Source: a virus
Lineage: Duplodnaviria > Caudoviricetes
Strand: one strand, 5' to 3'
IMG/VR virus record: IMGVR_UViG_3300036770_003690
Coordinates: 1 to 58,586 of that record
DNA length: 58,586 bases
Below, piece by piece: positions 47,988-53,517 of the stretch (position 1 is the first letter of the stretch; each line of letters starts with the position of its first letter). The translations under genes and the position numbers were made by a program. The notes below the pieces were generated by a model. That model had not been told where the DNA came from, searched no databases, and was given only the letters and a program-made list of their open reading frames with translations.

Positions 47988-48248
47988 TCAACGGACTTCA
48001 AAATCTAAACGACGAACTTTACGTTGTCTTCTTGCCTCCTGCCACATAATATCCTCATTTGTAAGAATATTATTTTTTTGTTTTTTATTTGGAGAGTTTA
48101 GCATGACTATTTGAGATAGGTCAAGTGCAGTAATGTTAGTGTTGTTTCTTATAGTTGCCATATTAGGACAACCACAAGAAACTGTTTTTGCTGGACGACC
48201 TTCTATTTCTTTATTGCAAGATTTACATCTGATTCGTAAATTTTCCAT
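47988..48248 (-). CDS. Small Cys-rich (zinc-ribbon-like) protein
   Basis: CKSC...CGC motifs. Confidence 0.7.
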   Translation of the reverse strand: MENLRIRCKSCNKEIEGRPAKTVSCGCPNMATIRNNTNITALDLSQIVMLNSPNKKQKNNILTNEDIMWQEARRQRKVRRLDFEVR

Positions 48249-48279
48249 AATATTCTCATATTTTTCTAATTATTTAGAA

Positions 48280-48352
48280 CTGGGGTGGCAGGGATCGAAC
48301 CTGCGACCTAGATGTTAACAGCATCCCGCTACTACCGCTGAGCTACACCCCA
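48280..48352 (-). tRNA. tRNA-Asn(GTT)
   Basis: GGATG-CT GTT AA-CATCT. Confidence 0.9.
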
Positions 48353-48353
48353 T

Positions 48354-48428
48354 TGGGAGCGAAGGGTGGAATTGAACCACCTACCCGAAGCTTATGAGAC
48401 TTCTGTGCAACCGTTACACTTCTTCGCA
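48354..48428 (-). tRNA. tRNA with CAT anticodon (Met-type, 1:72 mismatch)
   Basis: GAAGT-CT CAT AA-GCTTC; encoded CCA. Confidence 0.8.
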
Positions 48429-48432
48429 GTGA

Positions 48433-48465
48433 GACAATCATAAAGTATATATACCAGATTGTCAA
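48433..48465 (-). promoter_or_regulatory. sigma70 promoter embedded in GACAATC-N17-GATTGTC inverted repeat
   Basis: TTGACA-N17-TATGAT. Confidence 0.75.
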
Positions 48466-48466
48466 G

Positions 48467-48538
48467 TGGGAGATACTGGAATCGAACCAGTGACTGCTTG
48501 CTTGTAAGGCAAGAACTCTACCGCTGAGTTAATCTCCC
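48467..48538 (-). tRNA. tRNA-Val(TAC)
   Basis: CTTGC-CT TAC AA-GCAAG. Confidence 0.93.
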
Positions 48539-48562
48539 GATAGGTGATCTCTCAACCATCTT

Positions 48563-48591
48563 ATAATACCCTATAAGATTTAATTTGTCAA
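48563..48591 (-). promoter_or_regulatory. sigma70-type promoter upstream of tRNA-Val
   Basis: TTGACA-N17-TATTAT. Confidence 0.7.
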
Positions 48592-48606
48592 GTCCTAAGA
48601 TGAAAA

Positions 48607-48684
48607 TGGCACTCTCTGCAGGATTTGAACCTGCGACTTCTTGGTTCGTAGCCAAGCACTCTATCCAGACTGAGTTAAGAGAGC
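48607..48684 (-). tRNA. tRNA-Arg(ACG)
   Basis: CTTGG-CT ACG AA-CCAAG; CCA encoded. Confidence 0.93.
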
Positions 48685-48687
48685 ACA

Positions 48688-48761
48688 TGCCCGTGATAGG
48701 AGTCGAACCTACACTGTATGGATTCTAAGTCCACCCTCTCTACCAATTGGAGTACACGGGC
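48688..48761 (-). tRNA. tRNA-Leu(TAG), short variable region
   Basis: GTGGA-CT TAG AA-TCCAT; 74 nt. Confidence 0.85.
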
Positions 48762-48766
48762 ATAGG

Positions 48767-48838
48767 CGAAGGGCCAGAGACTTGAACTCTGATCTTTGGT
48801 TTTGGAGACCAAGATGCTACCAATTGCACCAACCCAAC
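48767..48838 (-). tRNA. tRNA-Trp(CCA)
   Basis: TTGGT-CT CCA AA-ACCAA; two U-U mismatches in the acceptor stem. Confidence 0.82.
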
Positions 48839-48841
48839 ATT

Positions 48842-48918
48842 TGGTGTCCGTGAGAGGATTTGAACCTCCAACACCTACCCCCTCAAGGTAGTGCCTCTTC
48901 CAGTTGGGCTACACGGAC
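48842..48918 (-). tRNA. tRNA-Leu(GAG), short variable region
   Basis: CTACC-TT GAG GG-GGTAG; CCA encoded. Confidence 0.85.
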
Positions 48919-48992
48919 TGGCTGGGGAACTAGGAGTCGAACCTAGATAAACACGGTCAAAGCGTGGTGTCCTGCCTTTAGACGATTCCCCA
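48919..48992 (-). tRNA. tRNA-Gln(TTG)
   Basis: CT TTG AC loop; U1-A72; CCA encoded. Confidence 0.9.
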
Positions 48993-48993
48993 T

Positions 48994-49068
48994 TGGAGTT
49001 TCAGGTCGGAATCGAACCGACGATTAGAAGTTTTGCAGACTTCCGCCTTACCACTTGGCTACTGAAAC
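48994..49068 (-). tRNA. tRNA-Cys(GCA)
   Basis: GAAGT-CT GCA AA-ACTTC; U73; CCA encoded. Confidence 0.93.
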
Positions 49069-49071
49069 AAG

Positions 49072-49143
49072 AGCCCTCAATCGGATTTGAACCAACGACC
49101 TACTCATTACTAGTGAGTTGCTCTACCACTGAGCTATAAGGGC
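49072..49143 (-). tRNA. tRNA-Thr(AGT)
   Basis: ACTCA-CT AGT AA-TGAGT. Confidence 0.88.
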
Positions 49144-49145
49144 GG

Positions 49146-49217
49146 GGTGACGTGCGGGAATCGAACCCGCATACCTGGATTCACAAACCAGTTCCTTAAC
49201 CATTAGGATAACGACAC
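49146..49217 (-). tRNA. tRNA-His(GTG)
   Basis: TT GTG AA loop; C73; the -1 base is T, not G. Confidence 0.85.
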
Positions 49218-49219
49218 AG

Positions 49220-49291
49220 TGGCTGTGGGTGGATTTGAACCACCGACGACTTCCTTATGAGAGAAGTGTTCTACCCCTGAACTACACAACC
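49220..49291 (-). tRNA. tRNA with CAT anticodon (elongator Met or Ile2)
   Basis: CTTCT-CT CAT AA-GGAAG. Confidence 0.85.
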
Positions 49292-49377
49292 TGGCGGAAG
49301 ATGTTGGGATCGAACCAACGGAGGTTTTACCCTCACGGTTTAGCAAACCGCTGCATTAACCACTCTGCCAATCTTCC
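49292..49377 (-). tRNA. tRNA-Ser(GCT)
   Basis: GCGGT-TT GCT AA-ACCGT; long variable arm; CCA encoded. Confidence 0.93.
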
Positions 49378-49381
49378 AAGT

Positions 49382-49471
49382 AGGGAGAAGGTGGAATCGA
49401 ACCACCATTGCCAAGGGACGGAATCGAACCGTCTCTGATACCGTCGTACCCACCGTCCAAGGTGCTCTCCC
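49382..49471 (-). ncRNA. tRNA-like RNA with two T-arms and no anticodon loop
   Basis: Acceptor-like GGGAGAG/TTCTCCC; two GG-TTCGATT-CC arms; 4-nt loop at the anticodon-arm position. Confidence 0.65.
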
Positions 49472-49474
49472 AAG

Positions 49475-49546
49475 TGGAACCGACAAGATTTGAACTTGTG
49501 ACCGCTCGGTTATCAGCCGAGTGCTCTACCACTGAGCTACGGTTCC
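49475..49546 (-). tRNA. tRNA-Ile(GAT)
   Basis: CTCGG-CT GAT AA-CCGAG. Confidence 0.93.
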
Positions 49547-49549
49547 AAG

Positions 49550-49623
49550 AGGGAACAATCGGATTTGAACCGATAACACCTTGATCTTCAATCAAGTGCT
49601 CTACCAATTGGAGCTATGTTCCC
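49550..49623 (-). tRNA. tRNA-Phe(GAA)
   Basis: CTTGA-TT GAA GA-TCAAG. Confidence 0.92.
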
Positions 49624-49626
49624 GAA

Positions 49627-49700
49627 TCTGAGAGGCAGGATTTGAACCTGCGACCTGAGCGTTCCAAACACCCAGCTCTACCAAACTGAGCTACTCCCAG
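49627..49700 (-). tRNA. tRNA-Pro(TGG), second divergent copy with A37
   Basis: GGGTG-TT TGG AA-CGCTC; C1-G72, A73. Confidence 0.85.
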
Positions 49701-49703
49701 ATG

Positions 49704-49830
49704 ATGGAAGGGGTATCCCACAAGGTGATGATTTAAAATCATCGGGCAGAAATCCCTTCCCAATTCCAGTTATTACTACAACATTCTTCTGCAAACTGGC
49801 AACCTCTGAAGAATGCGTGGGATTTCTCCC
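49704..49830 (-). ncRNA. Structured inter-tRNA RNA with possible pseudoknot
   Basis: AGAAATCCC/GGGATTTCT, CATTCTTC/GAAGAATG, loop CCAGTT complementary to AACTGG, GATGATTT/AAATCATC. Confidence 0.6.
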
Positions 49831-49832
49831 AA

Positions 49833-49903
49833 TTGCTCCGACTGGAATCGAACCAGCGACCAACCCCTTCGACGGAGCTGCTCTACCACTGAGCTACAGA
49901 GCG
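49833..49903 (-). ncRNA. Atypical tRNA-like RNA, anticodon undetermined
   Basis: Normal D and T arms, C1:A72 mismatch, GCTCC-GTCGAA-GGGGT with a 6-nt loop. Confidence 0.65.
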
Positions 49904-49955
49904 GTTCAGTTTATCAATACTGCCCACACACAAAACTGAATAAGTGTAGGGACGA

Positions 49956-50027
49956 CGACCCTAACGGGATTTGAACCCGTGATAATACCGTGACAGGGTA
50001 TCGTGATGACCACTTCACTATAGGGTC
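49956..50027 (-). tRNA. tRNA-Asp(GTC)
   Basis: ATACC-CT GTC AC-GGTAT; G73. Confidence 0.92.
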
Positions 50028-50031
50028 AAGG

Positions 50032-50114
50032 TGGGAGGAACAGGATTTGAACCTGTGAAGGACAGAGCCGTCTGATTTACAGTCAGATTCCTTTAACCAC
50101 TCGGAAATCCTCCC
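50032..50114 (-). tRNA. tRNA-Tyr(GTA)
   Basis: TCTGA-CT GTA AA-TCAGA; long variable region. Confidence 0.92.
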
Positions 50115-50118
50115 ACGA

Positions 50119-50193
50119 TGGGACATCTGGGATTTGAACCCAGGACTAACCGATTAAAAGTCGGATACTCTGACCTGACTGAGTTAATGTCCC
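50119..50193 (-). tRNA. tRNA-Lys(TTT)
   Basis: CT TTT AA loop. Confidence 0.92.
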
Positions 50194-50232
50194 ATTAAAA
50201 ATGTAAAGTTATTATGTGTGGAAAATATTCAG

Positions 50233-50327
50233 TTGTCGATGTTCGGTGTGGTCTCTCGACCACTTGATTAGAATACCACCGTTTGGTCTCTTGGGGAGTA
50301 GGTGGTGGACACTTGTGAAACCGTCAC
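50233..50327 (-). promoter_or_regulatory. Putative promoter lacking -35 (palindrome + extended -10), followed by a hairpin and boxA-like element
   Basis: GTGACGGTT-N4-AAGTGTCCAC, N29, TATTCT preceded by TGG; GTGGTC-GAGA-GACCAC; GAACATCGACAA. Confidence 0.5.
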
Positions 50328-50336
50328 AAGGCAAAG

Positions 50337-50370
50337 AAAAAGGGGAGGAAACTTTGAGTTTCTCTCCCCT
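50337..50370 (-). terminator. Intrinsic terminator of the putative attenuator
   Basis: AGGGGAG-A-GAAAC-TCAAA-GTTTC-CTCCCCT-TTTTCTTT. Confidence 0.8.
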
Positions 50371-50395
50371 GTGTGTTTTGCTTTTATGGTTGGTC

Positions 50396-50497
50396 TTACA
50401 TTTGACCTACCATACACGCAAACAGGGGAGTACCCTCAATATGCCAATAACGGCAATCAAGGAGACTAAACTGTTTTGTGGGCATTTGGTAGGTCAT
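50396..50497 (-). CDS. Putative 33-aa attenuator leader peptide
   Basis: MTYQMPTKQFSLLDCRYWHIEGTPLFACMVGQM*; between promoter (50519-50549) and terminator; overlaps the antiterminator arm. Confidence 0.65.
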   Translation of the reverse strand: MTYQMPTKQFSLLDCRYWHIEGTPLFACMVGQM

Positions 50498-50518
50498 TGT
50501 TCTAATCAATTATGTGTT

Positions 50519-50549
50519 TATTTATAAGACTTTTTTTTCAAAAAGTCAA
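50519..50549 (-). promoter_or_regulatory. Composite sigma70-type / T4 late-type promoter upstream of the leader ORF
   Basis: TTGACT-N17-TATAAA, where the -10 is part of TATAAATA; GACTTTTT/AAAAAGTC inverted repeat. Confidence 0.7.
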
Positions 50550-50550
50550 G

Positions 50551-50622
50551 AGCGGGGTATCGGAATCGAACCGACGACATCTAACTTGGAAGGATAGCGT
50601 TCTACCGCTGAACTAACCCCGC
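50551..50622 (-). tRNA. tRNA-Gly(TCC)
   Basis: CT TCC AA loop; U73. Confidence 0.92.
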
Positions 50623-50628
50623 ATTTAA

Positions 50629-50661
50629 GACAATCTTACATTATATAGTAGAGATTGTCAA
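50629..50661 (-). promoter_or_regulatory. sigma70 promoter in GACAATC-N17-GATTGTC inverted repeat
   Basis: TTGACA-N17-TAAGAT. Confidence 0.7.
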
Positions 50662-50662
50662 G

Positions 50663-50733
50663 TGGAGAATAGGAGAATCGAACTCCTAATAAGTGCTTGC
50701 AAAGCACCCGTTATACCGTTTAACTAATTCCCC
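50663..50733 (-). tRNA. tRNA-Ala(TGC)
   Basis: GGTGC-TT TGC AA-GCACT; G3:U70. Confidence 0.93.
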
Positions 50734-50810
50734 TGGCGTCTCAGGAGGGACTTGAACCCCCGACCAACTGCTTAGAAGGCAGATGCTCTATCCAACTGAG
50801 CTACTGAGAC
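50734..50810 (-). tRNA. tRNA-Arg(TCT)
   Basis: CT TCT AA loop; CCA encoded. Confidence 0.93.
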
Positions 50811-50821
50811 AAGAGATGACT

Positions 50822-50856
50822 TTGACAATCATAAGTTATTTAACCTAGATTGTCAA
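50822..50856 (-). promoter_or_regulatory. sigma70 promoter in TTGACAATC-N17-GATTGTCAA inverted repeat
   Basis: TTGACA-N17-TATGAT; TAAATA within the spacer. Confidence 0.75.
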
Positions 50857-50857
50857 G

Positions 50858-50942
50858 TAGGAACGGAGAGACTTGAACTCTCACGGGTTATTCGCCCAAC
50901 GGATTTTAAGTCCGGTGTGTCTACCAATTCCACCACGCTCCC
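50858..50942 (-). tRNA. tRNA-Leu(TAA), no intron
   Basis: CT TAA AA loop; long variable arm. Confidence 0.92.
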
Positions 50943-50965
50943 ATAAAAAGACCAAAAATGGTCAG

Positions 50966-51039
50966 TGGAAATGCCGGGGCTTGAACCCGGAACCCCAGAC
51001 TTATAAGGTCTGTGCTCTGACCAATTGAGCTACATTTCC
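50966..51039 (-). tRNA. tRNA-Ile(TAT)
   Basis: CAGAC-CT TAT AA-GTCTG. Confidence 0.88.
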
Positions 51040-51046
51040 GAAGTGA

Positions 51047-51079
51047 GACAATCATAAGGCATAACCCTGAGATTGTCAA
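51047..51079 (-). promoter_or_regulatory. sigma70 promoter in GACAATC-N17-GATTGTC inverted repeat
   Basis: TTGACA-N17-TATGAT. Confidence 0.75.
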
Positions 51080-51080
51080 G

Positions 51081-51160
51081 TGCCCCCAGTCGGATTTGAA
51101 CCGACAAGCCGAAGCGGTTGATTTTGAGTCAACTGTGTTTACCAGTTTCACCACAGGGGC
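51081..51160 (-). tRNA. tRNA-Leu(CAA)
   Basis: GTTGA-CT CAA AA-TCAAC; variable arm with UUCG loop. Confidence 0.9.
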
Positions 51161-51187
51161 AATAAAGACAATTATAATCAATTGTCA

Positions 51188-51259
51188 AGCCCCCGACTGG
51201 ATTTGAACCAGCAACCTTCTCATTACAAGTGAGATGCACTACCGTTGTGCTACAGAGGC
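51188..51259 (-). tRNA. tRNA-Thr(TGT)
   Basis: TCTCA-CT TGT AA-TGAGA. Confidence 0.92.
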
Positions 51260-51262
51260 GTA

Positions 51263-51328
51263 TTTTCAAGATTCAAGTGATCCTTCCGATCACTTATTTA
51301 GAATACCACTCTCAAGGTCAAGAGTCAA
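51263..51328 (-). promoter_or_regulatory. Promoter at the head of the tRNA array with hairpin and boxA-like sequence
   Basis: TTGACT-N17-TATTCT then TAAATA; AAGTGATC-GGAAG-GATCACTT; GAATCTTGAAAA. Confidence 0.6.
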
Positions 51329-51793
51329 GTCCTTTGTACCAGATTCAGAAGTGGCAGGACAATCTGAAACCCAAGGAGAACATAATCTCATTTCTCCCCC
51401 AAGTGATTTACACTCATCAGAATAACATACAGAACTATCTATATTGTTTTCCAAATAACGAGGTGGAGATATTCTAACAATTCCATCATCTCCTGTCAAT
51501 CTTTCATAACTACCGATTGCCTCATCAACTTCTCTACGAACTTTGAATTCAAGTAATTTTGGGTCATTATTAATTCTTTCGTTGAGTTGCCTATCAATCT
51601 CATTCAAAACATTATTCTCATCAGGTAAGTCAAACTTAATCCCCTTCCTGAGTTCGTTGTAGAACTTCAAAAGGTCTTCCTGACTGATACCACACCTTAC
51701 GGTAAGAAAAGCAATCCCAGAGGCAATTAGAGCAGCAATTAGAGACCTTTTAGGAGACAGTCTGAAGCTGACTAAGAATTCAGGTATCCTCAT
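51290..51793 (-). CDS. Hypothetical protein with N-terminal hydrophobic segment and C-terminal Cys cluster
   Basis: SLIAALIASGIAFLTVRC; CYSDEC...LCSPWVSDC. Confidence 0.7.
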   Translation of the reverse strand: MRIPEFLVSFRLSPKRSLIAALIASGIAFLTVRCGISQEDLLKFYNELRKGIKFDLPDENNVLNEIDRQLNERINNDPKLLEFKVRREVDEAIGSYERLTGDDGIVRISPPRYLENNIDSSVCYSDECKSLGGEMRLCSPWVSDCPATSESGTKDLTLDLESGILNK

Positions 51794-52064
51794 AATCCCT
51801 AAGTGCTTTCTCTATTGTTCTATCTATACGAAAACGAAGTAATTCGTCATCTTTGATAATATAATCGTTTAGAATATCAACACCAAACTTTAATTGTATT
51901 TCATCAATTAGATTGAAAAGAAACTTACGGTCTACGAATGGAAGTAGGGATACAACATCTACAGTTCCTTTCAGAAGAAATCCAAGTCTTACATAATGAA
52001 AGATGGTTCTTTTTTCTGGTCCGTGTTTAAATTCAAAAATATTAAACTTAGATTTCTTGGTCAT
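51780..52064 (-). CDS. Hypothetical protein
   Basis: 94-aa ORF overlapping both neighbours. Confidence 0.65.
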   Translation of the reverse strand: MTKKSKFNIFEFKHGPEKRTIFHYVRLGFLLKGTVDVVSLLPFVDRKFLFNLIDEIQLKFGVDILNDYIIKDDELLRFRIDRTIEKALRDYEDT

Positions 52065-52338
52065 TTAAATACTCCTCGATAGCATTATCAACTATTTCAG
52101 AAGGATTAATTTTCTTAGCAGGTTCTCTTAATTTTTTTGTATCAAATGTAATGGTAGGTGTAATATCACCAGTTTCTTCCAACTTAAGTTTCATTCCCAA
52201 AGGAGTTCCTTTTGGTTGAATGTTAACCTGATTGTGTGCTTCTAATTTAATCTCACCTAACTCAGTATTCACTTTTAAATACTGAGACTTAGCAACTAAA
52301 TCAATAATCTCTTCTGGTTCTTCTGGTAGATTACTCAT
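52048..52338 (-). CDS. Hypothetical protein
   Basis: 96-aa ORF overlapping both neighbours. Confidence 0.65.
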   Translation of the reverse strand: MSNLPEEPEEIIDLVAKSQYLKVNTELGEIKLEAHNQVNIQPKGTPLGMKLKLEETGDITPTITFDTKKLREPAKKINPSEIVDNAIEEYLNDQEI

Positions 52339-52720
52339 TTAACGGTGCGAGTTCTGATAGGTCTTGTTCTTTTGATGGGTCATATGCCCAAGCATACTGA
52401 TTTGCGAATAAGTATTCACTTGCGGTTAAATTATGTCCTTGAACATAAACCTCACCTAATACTCTTCCATACTTTTCAGACTTATTAGGATTTTGAGTTG
52501 CTACAATTACTTCTGTTCCAGAGTTGATATACTCTTGTAGCTTGTCTTTTGCTCTTAATCCATATTTCTTTTCTTCTTCATTTAGTGTTCTTAATGAAGG
52601 AGCATTAATGTTACTTAAACGAATAAATTGTTTTAGAAAGATATTAAATCCTAAGTCAATTGATGCTTCAATAGTATCACCATCAATTACTCTTATATCT
52701 TTAAGATTATATGTATACAT
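52331..52720 (-). CDS. Thermonuclease (SNase)-family nuclease
   Basis: RVIDGDTI..IDLGF...IRL..INAP, EKYGRVLG. Confidence 0.85.
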   Translation of the reverse strand: MYTYNLKDIRVIDGDTIEASIDLGFNIFLKQFIRLSNINAPSLRTLNEEEKKYGLRAKDKLQEYINSGTEVIVATQNPNKSEKYGRVLGEVYVQGHNLTASEYLFANQYAWAYDPSKEQDLSELAPLNE

Positions 52721-52779
52721 AAGACTTTAGCTTCTTATATATCTATAATATTATATTACTTATCATCGGTCACAAACCT

Positions 52780-52808
52780 ATTATACACAGTTTTGATACT
52801 TGTGTCAA
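52780..52808 (-). promoter_or_regulatory. Consensus sigma70 promoter
   Basis: TTGACA-N17-TATAAT with TGTG just upstream of the -10. Confidence 0.8.
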
Positions 52809-53446
52809 CCGTATGCTTTTCTGGCAGTAGAAGAACTTGGAAGACCTTTAGATGCCCTTCTTACAGCAGCTTTTGTATGTCTTTCTGTTGATGGTTGAAG
52901 TCCTTGTTTTTGCGGATCTGTTCCAGTTTCTTTAGTATCCTTGTCTAAAGTTCTTCTCATTTCAGTTCCAACTCTACCAATTACATTTGCTCTAGTTGCT
53001 GTTCCTCTTCCCCCAACAATTCCTTTAGAAACTTCAGATTTTTTTTTCTGAAGTAATTCAGTATATTTTGATTTTGCTTTTTGTTTTGGACCAAAATCCC
53101 AAGGAACATATGCTTCAACAATCTCTTCTCTCCACTCTTCACTCATATTAACCATAATGACTTCTGCTGCTTCTGGAGTTTCGGCATAACCTTCATCAAG
53201 AAGGTGTGAGAGAATGAGGTCGTAGAGGTCGTAACTTTCATTTTTTTCTTTTTTTTGAAGAGGTCTATCTTGTTCTGATCTTCCCCACGCATCAACTTTT
53301 GGTTGTCCTTTTATTCCCCTACCACCTCTTTTAGTTGGTCTATTAACATATTTACCATCTCTAATTGATCCCTCTACGGGACGTTGCTGATTTTCAACAA
53401 CTTGCAAATATGCTTCTTGAAGATTGTGAAGTTCTTGTGCATCCAT
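52805..53446 (-). CDS. Cyanophage hypothetical late protein
   Basis: Start placed at MDAQELHNLQEAY, just after TATAAATA (53466-53473); LLDEGYAET..AEVIMVNMSEEW motif. Confidence 0.7.
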   Translation of the reverse strand: MDAQELHNLQEAYLQVVENQQRPVEGSIRDGKYVNRPTKRGGRGIKGQPKVDAWGRSEQDRPLQKKEKNESYDLYDLILSHLLDEGYAETPEAAEVIMVNMSEEWREEIVEAYVPWDFGPKQKAKSKYTELLQKKKSEVSKGIVGGRGTATRANVIGRVGTEMRRTLDKDTKETGTDPQKQGLQPSTERHTKAAVRRASKGLPSSSTARKAYG

Positions 53447-53472
53447 TTTACAATTACTTTTTAGGTATTTAT

Positions 53473-53499
53473 AAAAAAAGGAGTGCCGAAGCACTCCTT
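53473..53499 (-). terminator. Intrinsic terminator with UUCG tetraloop
   Basis: AAGGAGTGC-TTCG-GCACTCC followed by a T run. Confidence 0.9.
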
Positions 53500-53517
53500 A
53501 GAGTTGTATTTAGTTTT

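Noticed and set aside
49382-49471. tmRNA or tRNA-Sec identity for the double-T-arm RNA
   Set aside because: No G3:U70 or tag reading frame; no UCA anticodon or extended acceptor stem
49905-49940. Hairpin TTCAGTTT/AAACTGAA with a loop resembling the Yfr1 motif (actgcccacac)
   Set aside because: Only a partial short match recalled from memory, on the non-transcribed strand; compatible with chance
47894-50942. Suppressor tRNAs or stop-codon recoding (anticodons TAG, TAA, TGA)
   Set aside because: These anticodons read CTA, TTA and TCA; no CTA, TTA or TCA anticodon was found, and genes are intact in the standard code
50858-50942. Group I intron in tRNA-Leu(TAA)
   Set aside because: Anticodon loop is contiguous
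47923-51477. Track ORFs overlapping tRNAs or antisense to them (e.g. 49356-49607, 49678-49863, 49914-50126, 50216-50527, 50921-51181)
   Set aside because: Explained by tRNA genes and the minus-strand leader; no protein-like features
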